From the NCBI RefSeq assembly GCF_009914755.1, contig NC_060926.1: DNA of 64,000 nt; one strand, 5' to 3'. Each line of letters begins with the position of its first letter. Position 1 is the stretch's first letter. The position numbers were made by a program, and so were the translations under genes. A model generated the notes under the pieces. It worked only from the letters and a program-made list of their open reading frames with translations. It had not been told where the DNA came from and ran no database searches. Source of the DNA: the human T2T-CHM13v2.0 reference genome, Homo sapiens. Positions 41,031 to 55,745 of this stretch are shown here, one piece after another.

Positions 41031-41533
41031 TGAGAGGGATGACTGGGCGATGCCCTGGACTCCTGCTCACCCAGGTGTTTTCACCGCTGACTGCATTCTC
41101 CCATGGTGTAGAGTAAAATTCATTGCCATAAAAAGTTTCTTAGCAAATTGATCTTACCAACTGAATGAAAATAAATTTATGTTGGAGCATTAGGAAATGG
41201 TTAAAACAAGTAAACTCAGAGCTGTTGCATGTGTTTTTTTGTTTGTTTTTGTTCTTATTTGCTGAAAGGACTTTGTTCTGAATGTTTCAGCTCCTGTGCT
41301 AGACTCCCCATGGTCAGCAGGTCACTAAAAGGTGTTACTGGAAGTGACTGCTTGCCTTCCACCATCCACATTCCCCAATCCATGATCCTACAGGGATAGA
41401 ACAGAATGAAATGTGTCTTTCTTGGGTTTGGGCCCCAATGCAGGTGAGGAACAGGCAATTCCCATATTCATTTGGCACAAGACAGGAAAACAAAACATCT
41501 ATCCCTAAGACTGGGGTGCCTTGGGTAACAGAG

Positions 41534-42055
41534 CGTGATGGTTTTTAAATACATCCACAGATTCTTTGGTATTCCTCTCTTCAAGAGATGGAGCATAATT
41601 CCTTCCTCTGTGAAAGCGAGCCAGCCTTAGCGACTATCTTCTAATGAATAGAATATGGTGTCAGTGACAGTATGTGACTTACAGGATTAGGTTACAGAAG
41701 GCATTGCAGCTTCCTCCTTGTCCTCTCTTGGACCACTTGCTCAGGGAGAAACCAGCTGCCACGCCATGAGCTCAGTTAAGCAGCCTTATGGAGAAGTCCA
41801 CACAGGGAGGAAGTGAGGACATGCCAATGAGCCATTATGGAAGCAGATTCTCCAGCTCCATTGAAGCCCTCAGATGACTGCAGCCTTGACCAACAGCTTG
41901 ACTGCAACCTCAAAAAAGACCCTGAGCCAGAACCATCTAGCTAGGGTGTTCCTAGATGCCGAACCTACCCAAACTATAATGTCACAGATGTTGCTGTATT
42001 TTTAAGCCACTAAGTTTTGGGGGAATTTGTTATGCTGCAGTAGATAACCAATACA
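41534..42055 (+). mobile_element. MLT1F-type MaLR solo LTR
   Basis: gacttacaggattaggttacagaaggcattgcagcttcc...cagatgactgcagcc...ttttaagccactaagttttggggga..ttgttatgctgcagtagataaccaataca. Confidence 0.85.
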
Positions 42056-44500
42056 TTGGTCTTGAAAACATCAAATAGATGTTTTCTGAAAGCCTGAGCA
42101 ATGTACAAAACTGAAAGAGGATAGGGATCCAGCTGAAAAAGAAGCACGTCCCATGCCATGAGAGAAGATGAAGATTCATGAGATTCTTGTCTTCTTAGTA
42201 CACTTACAAGACATAGACTCTGGAGCCTGGAAGTGCTGGGTCTGACCCTGGCTTTGCCACTGACTGGTTTTGTGACCTGAGTCCCTTAACTAATCTTCCT
42301 CTTAGAAGAACAGAAGTGATGTGATGTTGGAGAACCAACCCAGCACTTGCCAAATGGGACTCAGAGAGCTGGAGCTACTGCTCCTACAGTGTTCTCTTTC
42401 CCCTTCTCCTTCTGTTCCTGACTCTCAGAGGCCTGCAGCCTTTGACCTCAGCACACTTGTTTTGGGGATACATGTTGTTCTCAGGGGTTGGGGGTAAAGC
42501 AGAGTGATGCTGTGTGGAGAAGAAGGAGCTAGTGGATAGCATGCTTATTCTACCTGGAGCTTGCCCGAGTGAGGGCGGGTGTCTGGCTGAAGCCTCCACT
42601 AGAGGAGGGGATCGAGACTACTGCCAAATCAAGTGTCACAGTGGCACTAGGGGAAGGTGGCATCACATGGAACCCACCTTCTGTTTTCCCACCCACTGTT
42701 GCCAGAGGAAGAAGAGGAAGGTTGTGAGAATAATGGCGGGTGCTCTCCCCACCAACCACCCATCTTCTCCTACCCTCGGTGTTATAGTTTCTAGGGAGGT
42801 GGCCCTCTGAGTCACTAGGGGGAGACTGCTTCTCTCTCAGGCTCTAGCTTGGTTTTACTCTCCTCTGCCCTCTCTGAACCCACACTCATCTCCCCTCCCC
42901 TCAAGGATCTACCACTTGGGAAGACTTTCTCGGGGAAGGGGACAAGCACCAATTTTGATAAATCTCTCTTGCACAGATCGAAGTGAAGAGCACCTGAATT
43001 TGAGGGCCAAGAGGTTCTCATATCCTGGTGAGAAGGTGCAATCCCTGAAATTCAGTCCTGCTGCCCTGAAAGGTCCAAGACCAACCCCCACAAATGAGAG
43101 TGAAAAGGAAGCTGGTGCCATCCCCAGCCCTGGCCACCTTCCCCTGATGAAGGGCATCTGTAGGGGTTCTGGGGCACTCGATTGCTCCAGATCACTCTGC
43201 TCCTGACATCCTCCTGGCATTAAGAGGAAGACCTCTGGAATGCATTTCACCAATTGAATTGTCCTGGCCTCCCTCAGCTGTTCCCATTCCTCAGGCCTGG
43301 GGGAAGAGAAGGGAAACTCAATCTCCTGCCTGCCAGCCAGGATTAAGTGGAAAATCAATCTTGTCTGAACTGCCCTTCCCACTGTAGCCTTTCCGAAGAT
43401 GAGCACAGACTGGGGATTCAGGGGTTGAAGGGCCACTCTGAGGTGGCTATTGCACACATTGTCTGGACATTCCTTCCTACCTATTAGAAAGGAAAGGGAC
43501 CTCAGGAAGCTCTCTCAGGCCCTGTATGCTTAGCTTCTAAACCTGAAATCAGGCCTTCTTCTGCAGAATGAGATAATAAGGATGTCTGGAACTTCTATTG
43601 TCCTTTTCCCTAAAGAGTCCAAAGGATTTTATGCACATTTCTCCAATAATCCAGTAAAATCAGCTCCCAAGTCCCAATGCCACCTGATTCAGCAGAGGGA
43701 GGAGTCAAAGGACTGAATGGTGAATAATCCAAGGCCTCATCCCTGCCCCCTATCTAACGAGGAGATCTGAAATCAAAAGGCCTTGGCTCCCAACCTGGTT
43801 GTTCTTAGACCATTACCTAGCACCTGCTGGCAGTTTATAGGATCAGCCTAGAGAACTAAAGTCCCAGGGTACTTAGGCAGAGGGGAGACAAAGGCAGAAC
43901 AAGTTTTCAGGTGGGAGGAGGACAGAGGAAATGGGAAATTCATGTGGCCAAGTCTGAATTCTGCCCATTTGCTCAGGGAGCATCACTGTAGCTCCATGTA
44001 TAGTCAAAGTCACATGGTTTTTGGCTCCTGGGCTGCCTCATTTCAGCCAGCAGTGGCTATGATCAGTGGCTAATGCCCATCCCTGTTCTCTAGGACTTGA
44101 GTGGTGTGTAAAAATTGACCTGGAGCAAGGCCCTTGGCCTCTCTGAGCCTCAGTGAGGTTCCTCACTTATAAATTGACAAAAAGATTCCTTCCATCTCCT
44201 GAAGGTCTACAAGTCACAAATATGAACTCCTTGGGGATGCAGCAAGGGAACCAGAAGAGTTACTGCAATAGGCATTAGGAGAGCTGGATTATAGTCCTTG
44301 CCCATTAGCTGACTGTGTAATGTGCAACGAATCACTGGACTTCTCACAGCCTTGGTTTCCTCACCTATCAAGTGAGGCTGTTGGTTATATTCTTCCTAAG
44401 GACTCTCTCAGTTCTGGCTTTTATTTCCGAATTCAATGATTCTACATGGAGGGAGATATAATAGAAAGATACTGTTCCAGACATTGACTCCCTTCTCTGC

Positions 44501-46792
44501 TGATATGGTTTGACTGTGTCCCCACCCAAAACTCATCTTGAATTTCCACGTGTTATGGGAGGGACCCCATGGGAGGTAACTGAATCATGGGGGCAAGTCT
44601 TTCCCATGCTGTTCTCCTGATAGTGAATAAGTCTCATGAGATCTGATAGTTTTATAAAGATGAGTTCCCTTGCACAAATTCTTTTTTTGCCTGCTGCCAC
44701 CCATGTAAGACATGATTTGCTCCTGCTTGCCTTCTGCCATGATTGTGAGGCCTCCCCAGCCACGTGGAACTGTAAGACCATCAAATTTCTTTATTTTGTG
44801 TATTGCCCAGTCTCAGATATATCATTATCAGCAGCATGAAAATGGGCTAATAAAGTAAATTGGTACCAGTAGAGTGGGGTGCTGCTGAAAAGATACACAA
44901 AAATGTGGAAGCGACTTTGGAACTGGGTAACAGGCAGAGGCTGGAACAGTTTGGGGGGCTCAGAATAAGACAGGAAAATGTGGGAAACTTTGGAACTCCC
45001 TAAAGACTTGTTGAATGGCTTTGACCAAAATGCTGATAATGATATGGACAATGAAATCCAGCTGAGGAGGGTCTCAGATGGAGATGAGGAACTTGTTGGG
45101 AACTGCAGCAAAGGTGACTCTTGTTATGTTTTAGCAAAGAGATTGGTGGCATTTTGCCCCTGGTCCAGAGATTTGTGGAACTTTGAACTTGAGAGAGATG
45201 ATTTAGGGTATCTGGTGGATGAAATTTCTAAGCAGCAAAACATTCAAAAGGTGACTCTGGTGCTGTTAAAAACCATTCAGTTTCATAAGGAAGCAGAGCA
45301 TAAAAGTTCAGAAAATTTGCAGCCTGACAATGTGATAGAAAAGAAAATCCCATTTTCTGAGGGGAAATTCAAGCCAGCTGTAGAAATTTGCATAAGTAAT
45401 AAGGAGTTGCATATTAATCCCCAAGACAATGGGGAAAATGTCTCCAGGGCATGTCAGAGGTCTTCACAGCAGCCCCTCCTCCCCCCATCACAGGCCCAGA
45501 GGCCTAGGAGGAAAACATTGTTTGGTGGGCTGGGCCCAGGGTCCCATGCTGTGTGCAGTCTAGGGACTTGGTGCCCTGCATCTCAGCCACTCCAGTCATG
45601 ACTAACAGGAGCCAAGGTATAGCTTGGGCCATGACTTCAGAGGGTGGAAGCCCCAAACCTTAGCAGCTTCCATGTAGTGTTGAGCCTGCAGGTACACAGA
45701 AGTCAAGAATTGAAGTTTGGGAACCTCTGCCTAGATTTCAGAAGATGCATGGAAATGCCTGGATGTCCAGGCAGAAGTTTGCTGCAGGGGAAGGTCCCTC
45801 ATGGAGAACCTCTGCTAGGGCAGAGCAGAAGAGAAATGTGGGGTTGGAGCCCCCACACAGAATCCCTACTGGGGCACCACCTAGTGGAGCTGTGAGAAGA
45901 TGGCCACTGTCCTCCAGGCCCCAGAATGGTAAATCCACTGACAGCTTGCACCATGAGCCTGGAAAAGCCACAGACACTCAATGCCAGCTAGTGAAGGCAG
46001 CTGGGAGGGGGCCTGTACCCTGCAAAGCCACTGAGGCAGAGCTGTCCGAGGCTGTGGGAGCCCACCTCTTGCAGGTGTGACCTGGATGTGAGACACGGAG
46101 TCAAGGGAGATCATTTTGGAGATTTAAGATTTGATTGCCTGGCTGGATTTCAAACTTGCACAGGGCCTGTAGCCCCTTTGTTTTGGTCAATTTCTTCCAT
46201 TTGGAATGGTTGTATTTACCCAATGCCTGTACCCCCATTGTATCTAGGAAGTAACTAACTTGCTTTTGATTTTACAGGCTCGTAGGCACAAGGGACTTGC
46301 CTTGTCTCAGATGAGATGTTGAACTGTGGACTTTTGAGTTAATGCTGAAATGGATTAAGATTTTGGGGGATGGTTGGGAATGCATGATTGTTTTGAAATG
46401 TGAGAACATGAGATTTGGGAGAGGCCAGAGGTGGAATGATATGGTTTGGCTATGTTCCCACCAAAATCTCATCTTGAATTTCCACGTATTGTGGGAAGGA
46501 CCTGGTGGGAAGTAATTGAATCATGGGAGCAAGTCTTTCCTGTGCTGTTCTCATGATAGTGAGTAAGGCTCATGAGATCTGATGGTTTTATAAAGAGGAG
46601 TTCCCCTGCACAAGTTCTCTTTCTTTGCCTGCTGCCATCCATGTAAGAAGTGACTTTCTCCTCCTTGCCTTCCACCATGATTGTGAGGTCTCCCCAGCCA
46701 TGTGGAAATTTACGTCCATTAAACTTCTTTGTTTTGTAAATTGCCCAGTCTCAGGTATGTCTTTATCAGCAGCATGAAAATAGACTAATACA
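44501..46792 (+). mobile_element. Complete THE1B-type MaLR provirus: 5'LTR 44501-44854, internal 44855-46436, 3'LTR 46437-46792
   Basis: Both LTRs begin TGATATGGTTTG; the 3'LTR ends GACTAATACA; 5-bp TSD tctgc at 44496-44500 and 46793-46797; purine tract before the 3'LTR; internal ORF remnant MWETLELPKDLLNGFDQNADNDMDNE. Confidence 0.95.
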
Positions 46793-46809
46793 TCTGCTTC
46801 ATCTCTTCA

Positions 46810-47460
46810 TATGTCCATCCATTCATTCATCATATATGTATTAAGTGCCTATTGTGTGGTCAGATTCCCTGTTAGGTCCTGGGCCATAACAACAAACAAG
46901 ATGAGTATGGTTTGGTCCATGTCTTAATGAATTTACAATCAAGGAAGAAGGAGAGGCTGAGAAGTAAATATATATCACAGTGTATGTAAAGAGCCAGAGG
47001 AATCAGAGACCTTGGTATGTTCAAGGAACAGAAAGAAAGACAACAGGGTTAGGCCATAGCATGCAAGGCAGGGAATACTGGCAGGTGAAGCTGGAGAGTA
47101 GGTTGGAGGCAGATCTGGAGGGCTTCAAACTCCAGATTAAGGATGATGACTTCTAAAGGAATCCTAGAGAAAATCATTGAGTGATTTTATGCATGATTGT
47201 GATAGAATTAAGTTTTTGTCTTGAAAAGATCATTTTGTGTGTGTTTTTTTTTTAAATCGTTGTGTACCAAAGATTCGACAGATGAAGGTAAAAGAAACAA
47301 AGAGGCCAGTGCAGTGGTCCAGGCAGAGATGATCTGAACTTGGACTGGGATTGAGATGAAGAAAGCATCAGATGAAGCATCTGAGAAATACTGAGAAGTT
47401 AGAATCAAAACAACAAAAAGGGCAATTGGATGTTTAGGTGGTAGGGGTTAGAACAGAGTG
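46810..47460 (-). mobile_element. L2 fragment
   Basis: cattcattcatcatatatgtattaagtgcctattgtg...ggtatgttcaaggaacag...tttgtcttgaaaagatcattttg...gcagtggtccaggcagagatgat. Confidence 0.7.
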
Positions 47461-49212
47461 ACTATGGAAAGATGTTCTAGAGGCTCTGGTAGCATGACTG
47501 ACAGTGCCTGGTAACCCATGACATGGTCTTGTGACTCTCTGAATGCTAAACCAAACAAGTTAAGTTTTCCCTACACAACTGCTCTCCTGGGGCTCTTTCA
47601 GGTGACAGGTGCCCACCTGCAACTGTCCTTCCCTGCAGTGCCCCTCCCCACCCCCTAGCATCTCTGCCATGGTCTGCTATTCTGTAGGAAGGACACATAG
47701 ACCTGAGTTCTGAAATCTCTTTAAAGCCAGCCTCTCCATATGGGGTAGTAGAAATCCAACAGCAAAATCCAAACTATTACAGAAAAAGAAAGACAGAGTG
47801 CGCCTGTGATTTTATGACTTTTTTGTGTGTGAAAAATCAAGCAAAAATAGGAAATACGTCTGCAGTTTGTGGTGTTTGGGCTTGATCTATCATGGGCTTT
47901 GATATATCACAATGACAAAATTCTCCAATGAGAATCATCAAAATATTCTGAGTTACTACAGACAGCATCACCAGTTGATTTAAAAAAAAAAAAAAAAGAC
48001 AATCTTAGGTCTTTACCAGTCTCTCTCTCTCTGTCTCTTTATGTGTCAGGGTTTAGCATTCACATACTCAGTCAGTCTTATACAAGCCTCATGCAATATT
48101 AAAATGTTTATGCAACTCTTTCTGTGCTTGAAGCAGCAGCAAATGTTCTTGGTGTGCAAGGAATGAGGAGAATAATGTTCTTACACTTCCCAGGAGAAAG
48201 TCCAACATCAGAGCAATGCCTGCCTGCCCTCCATGATTAATCAGAGCAATAAATCAGATCTCCCTTTCCTCAGCTATCTTCCACTCTTCCTTGGGGCCCC
48301 CAGGCATTGGCTGAGTACTAAAAAGAGAGCATCATGTGGTTTATTTGCCATAAGGAACAAAAATTGGAGGGGCACTCAAAATGTTTTTACCCAAGCTCAT
48401 GGCTGTAATTCTCCAGGCATATGCCATGTCGGTATTAGTCAGATGTCAAACTTTAAACCCATTAAAGGGGCATGTTAATAGTGCAGCATTTCAAAAAGGT
48501 TTGCCTTCAGCTGCTGTACCCTTACAGGAGATTGATTTCCACATATATGAACCCAAATCCAAGTGTCAGAGACTAACAGAGATATCGGTCTCAATCTGGT
48601 AGCTTTCAACCAATGATCATAAGACATTTGATGGGTAACTACTGCTAGAGGGAAAAGAGAGCTTAAAGACATCAAGCAATGGTCTCAGAACAGCACGCAG
48701 ATCAGAGGCAGCTCTGGGAGCATGGTTTTCCAAGCCCAGAAAAATTAGAATATCAGAGCTGGAAGTGAAGGCCTTTAAGATTATTTTATAGATGAGAAAT
48801 CAAGGTCCAGAGAGACTAAGGAATTTGCTCAAGATCTCTAATTTGTGGCCCACTGTCTAATGCAAAACCCAATTGACCTTCAAAGAGGTCAGACATTTCC
48901 AACAACACTTGCTTCCTGTGGCTCACTGTCATGATGTGATGTCCTCTAAATCCACAGGTCTTCTCTGCTTCTGAGCTTCTACCAAATGATGAACTCTTTG
49001 CAGATTTTACATATTAGAGATGCTGTTTTCTGATTAGTATTTATCCTACTTAGACCAATCTGTTTAGTGAGCTTTGTTGGCAAAGGCAGTGTCAGGGTAT
49101 TAATTGGTAGGCTCAAACCCTATGTGAGGTGATTTACTACTCCTACTAAGAAACTGATTCCACAGCCCAAGACTACTACTGGCTTTGCAAGGAGACTGAG
49201 AATGAAAGATGA

Positions 49213-50862
<1,650 letters not shown>

Positions 50863-52121
50863 GAAAGATGAAGATGGTTAAACTGATGCAGTTTAACCAT
50901 ATTCTTTGTGCCTTCTAGGCCTGAGTTTGTAGATTGTAGTGTCTCTTTCAAGGCTGGGGAGTTGGATGAGATGCAGTCTCCAGGTGGTTGTTTGTAAGAG
51001 CAGAGAATGAGACTTCCCTTACTCTCGGTCCTACTGCATGTTGCCCAAGACTATTACCAAGCAAGTTTGTGTATACTTTAGGCTTATCACAGGATATGTT
51101 CAGAGGACCAATTATTTAGAATCAGACTATAGGTCTGCATTTGTATGAATGAGGTGGGTCCACTACTAAGAACATTTTCACCTAAGGGGGGTAAAATATT
51201 CATCAGATTAATTCTTGGTGAACAGTGAACCTATCCTAATACTATTGAGTTCTGCTGTTAGAAAAATCCAAAATCACCAGTGCAAGACTGTCTCTGATTC
51301 TCTGAAGCACAGTGCCCCAAGCTATGGATGTATGTATCTATTTCTCAGCCTGCATGGCCCTAACCTGTGAAGCTCTCTCCCTACTGGACTTTGATTTCTC
51401 TTTTTAGTGGCTACACAGCAAACCCTATGGGCTGTTGGGAGCACAGAAGCTGTCAGCCTCTGGGTGAACATTTGAGATTTCCATTAAGTTGATGCCATAA
51501 TTTGCTGTCTCTCTGCAAGGTTTTGCTCTCCATTCTGGGCATCCTTCATCACTCCCTTGGCAAACTGAAGTGGCATGGAGCCACTGGCTGCCGAGAAGTT
51601 TAACGTTGACTTGGCTCTGGCTTGCTGAAGACAGAGTGTTTGTGTAGTGGATGTTTTAGTGAGGCTCTTGGCTGTAAATACTTTCAGGAAAACTTGTTTT
51701 CTATTATTTATTTCAACTCTGTGAACAAATACATGCTTTGTCCTTCACAAAGAGACCAATGGCAAGGAGTTCTTTTCCCTTCCAATTGAATTAATCATTG
51801 CAGGGGAAAAATTATTCCCAATCTTCAAAAAGTAGGGTTGTTGCTAACGTAATCTAGGAGAAAAATCATTGGTCAATTTCCAGGACCTGGGCATAGCCTA
51901 GTATTCCCCACTGACCACCATCACCTTTCCAGCCCTAGAATGTAGGAAGACCCTACTGAGAAAGTAGATATGGAGCTTTCAAAAGAGACTTCAGGTAAGA
52001 GGAGCCCTACTGACACAAGGTCTTCTTTAATCCCATCCAGGGCTAAGACCCTTGCTATTCACAGTGATCCAGTGCCAATAGCACCAGCATCACATGGAAA
52101 CTTGTTAGAAATGCAGAATAC

Positions 52122-52430
<309 letters not shown>

Positions 52431-52434
52431 AAAT

Positions 52435-52732
52435 GAAGAAGAAGAAAAGAAGAAGAAGAAGAAGGGGAAGGGGAAGGGGAAGGGGAAGGGGAAGGGGAAG
52501 GGGAAGGGGGAGGAGGAGGAGGAGGAGGAGGAGGAGGAGCAGGAGGAGGAGGAGCAGGAGGAGGAGGAGCAGGAGGAGGAGGAGCAGGAGGAGGAGGAGC
52601 AGGAGCAGGAGCAGGAGGAGGAGGAGCAGGAGGAGGAGGAGCAGGAGGAGGAGGAGCAGGAGCAGGAGCAGGAGCAGGAGGAGGAGGAGGAGCAGGAGGA
52701 GGAGGAGCAGGAGGAGGAGGAGCAGGAGGAGG

Positions 52733-52768
<36 letters not shown>

Positions 52769-52819
52769 AGGAGGAGGAGCAGGAGGAGGAGGAGCAGGAG
52801 GAGGAGGAGCAGGAGGAGG

Positions 52820-52855
<36 letters not shown>

Positions 52856-52891
52856 AGGAGGAGGAGCAGGAGGAGGAGGAGCAGGAGGAGG

Positions 52892-52927
<36 letters not shown>

Positions 52928-53014
52928 AGGAGGAGGAGCAGGAGGAGGAGGAGCAGGAGGAGGAGGAGCAGGAGGAGGAGGAGGAGCAGGAGCAGGAGGA
53001 GGAGGAGGAGGAGG

Positions 53015-53052
<38 letters not shown>

Positions 53053-53298
53053 AAGCAGAAGCAGAAGCAGCAGAAGCAGAAGCAGCAGAAGAAGAAGCAG
53101 AAGCAGAAGAAGCAGAAGCGAAGAAGAAGAAGAAGAAAGAAGAAAGAAGAAGAAGAAGAAGAAGAAGAAGAAGAAGAAGAAGAAGAAGAAGAAGAAGAAG
53201 AAGAAGAAGAAGAGAAGAAGGAGAAGAAGGAGAAGAAGGAGAAGAAGGAGAAGAAGGAGAAGAAGGAGAAGAAGGAGAAGAAGGAGAAGAAGAAGAAA
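52435..53298. repeat. 864-nt compound triplet repeat: (GAA)n-(GGGGAA)n-(GGA/GCA)n-(GCAGAA)n-(GAA)n-(GGAGAAGAA)n
   Basis: No T on the + strand across the whole interval; blocks read directly. Confidence 0.98.
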
Positions 53299-54664
53299 TG
53301 TAGAGTTCCAGGACTTATCTCTGACCTCCCAAATCAGAATCTGGGTTTTCATTAGATTCCTAGGAGTTCTGGATATATATTACACTTTGAGAAGCATGCT
53401 TTAGAGCTTCTCTCTTTATGCCCTGAGGCACAATGACTCCTCTATACGCTAAATTCTTAGTTCCTGATCAGCTCCTCTCCTGTTTTTACTGTGTGTGCTG
53501 TGTCCCCTCCTGACCTAGCTCCAACTCTGTTGATCCACATCAGTGTATATATTTTGGCTTCTTATTCTATCATCACTATAATTTACAACTTTTACAACTC
53601 AAGTCTGGCCAGTGCAATGCCTTCTCAAGATTCAACACCTAATAGTTAGCCTTGGGAGTTGATAGAAATCACTTAACCTGTCTAGGCTATAGTTTCTCCA
53701 GATGCTAAATGACGATATACATATGTGTCACTCTCTATGGGACACACATGCCAGGAGGACAAATGAGGTCATTCATATTTAATAGCACTCATTATTATAC
53801 AGTGAGTGCAAGACATTATTTGTGAGCATCTGTCTGGGTTAATGGCCAATATCTCCTGAATAGGCGAACCATTTTCACTGCATGCTTAATTCTGAAAATG
53901 TTAGAAAAGTAGGGATTTCACAGTGTTCTCCAACTGGGTATGGTCTTATCGTTCAAAGATCTCAGTATACTGAATACGATTTATGAAGAACCTCTAGCAA
54001 CAGGAAAGGAATCTTGAGTACAGGTGAGTCTTCACCATGACACTGGGAGATGAGGTTCCCTGTATGCATTGTCATCTCGTGGAAATGGACAAACAAGAAA
54101 CAGTAATAAAGGGCATCTCAACATCATGGAGAAACTGGGTTGAAATTCAGGATGTCCAGACACCAATTCCACATGACTTTGGACTAATGAGAAGAAAAGC
54201 AGAGGGTGGAGAACCCAGAAAGCAGATATATGGAGCAAGCAGGTGGCAGTTTCCAAAAGCTGGGTGTGGGGTCCCATCACATAGGTCGCCGGCAGGAGGT
54301 CTCATGAGCAGAGAAGCAGAGGCAGAGCCTGATGTGTCAGAACTAGGGAACTGAGGTGAATTGAAGAGGAAGGGGTAGATCTTTCAAAGGGGCAAACCGA
54401 TGCACAACAACCAAGAAGCCCAAAATTTGTTATCTTTGGGGGAAGAGGGATATGTAGGGTGCACATGAGAGTGAGTGTGTGTGCACACTAGGGCTACACG
54501 AATGCCCTACATTTCTGTCATGCCTCTTCTCACTATGTATGTGGGTATTTTGCCCAGAGATCTAAAGCTTCTGAACATAGCTACTTCGAGGCAATAGCGA
54601 AGCTAAAGCCCTTGCTTCTTCAGCACATTGGGCAAACCACGGACCATTGTACCTGCTTCTGAAT

Positions 54665-55060
54665 ACTCATCCATCCACCCATTTATCCATCCAGCCTACA
54701 AATACTTAGGGAACACCTACCATGTGCCAGGCTCTGAGTGAGGCACTGCCCATCTTCATGGGTCTCAAAGTCTAGTGGGCATGAATCAAGTAAGAATAGA
54801 AATAAATGTTCAATTTTCACTTCACCATGAGAGCATGTAAAGAAACTGCAGGTAGTTGGGAAATCAGGAGAAGCTTGCTTCCTGAGAAGGCGGCAGTTGA
54901 GCTGGGCTCTAAAGTATGTGTAGGGATTGACAGGGCAAAGAGAAGTAGGGAGAGGGCTTTCAACAGAGGCAGGGGCATGGAAAGAAAGAGAGCCCAGTGT
55001 GGGTGGGTGCACAGCCCAGAGAGCACTTGAGGTAGGGAAGTGGAGTCACACTACAGAATA
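54665..55060 (-). mobile_element. L2 fragment
   Basis: catccatccacccatttatccatcc...gaacacctaccatgtgccaggctctg...gaagcttgcttcctgagaaggcggcagttgagctggg. Confidence 0.7.
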
Positions 55061-55529
55061 CAGAGAGGGCTGTCAGGGGACAAGACCTCCGGACTCCGGC
55101 CACATAGAGCCCTCATGCCTGGAAGGAAAGTGAGCATCAGGCCCTTCTTCTCCTCTCCTCTGTTGGAATCTCTCCAGGTATCAGATTGAAAGAACGATGA
55201 AAAGGCATCCCTGCTCTGCATCCCTGTGTCTCTATTTTCCTCCACCACCCCTCACGGCACCTGTGCAAGGAGCAAGTCCACATCAATAATGCAGCAGCCT
55301 CCAGGCAGCAGCCTCCGGGCTTGGCCCTGAACCTGTAAGACACTGAACAAAATAGGAAATCTGCCTGTTTTCAGGTCCATCTTTGGACACGATCATCTCT
55401 CATGCTCTACAGTGTGAATTTTCACTAGTTGGGTTGAAGCACTCATTTATTTTCCGTATCCTGAGCTTTCTAAAAAAGATGGAAGCAAACATTAGGAAGA
55501 AATCCAACAGCAAGAATCCTTCAGTGCCC

Positions 55530-55745
55530 AGAATAATCACTGCCTTTTATGGAGCACTTACCAGGTGCCAGGCACTGGGCACATGCTTCACAGGCATTGT
55601 TTCATTTCATCTTGACTATATTGCATGTTCCAGGCATTTTAGCTCCCATTTTACAAATGAGAAAACTGAGGCTCACAGATGTAGAATTTACTCAAGGTGA
55701 CACCGTTCATAGGTGGTAGATTCAGGATTGGAGCCCAGGTCTACC
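55530..55745 (-). mobile_element. MIR
   Basis: gagcacttaccaggtgccaggcactg...cccattttacaaatgagaaaactgaggctcacaga...ggattggagcccaggtct. Confidence 0.8.

Noticed and set aside
44751-44763. PRDM9-A hotspot motif in THE1B
   Set aside because: It reads CCTCCCCAGCCAC and lacks the T of CCNCCNTNNCCNC. The other two THE1 LTRs match less well.
52507-53050. Integrated herpesvirus fragment (EBNA1 IR3 or LANA repeat)
   Set aside because: There is no flanking viral sequence, and the tract sits inside the Alu TSD and grades into GAA repeats.
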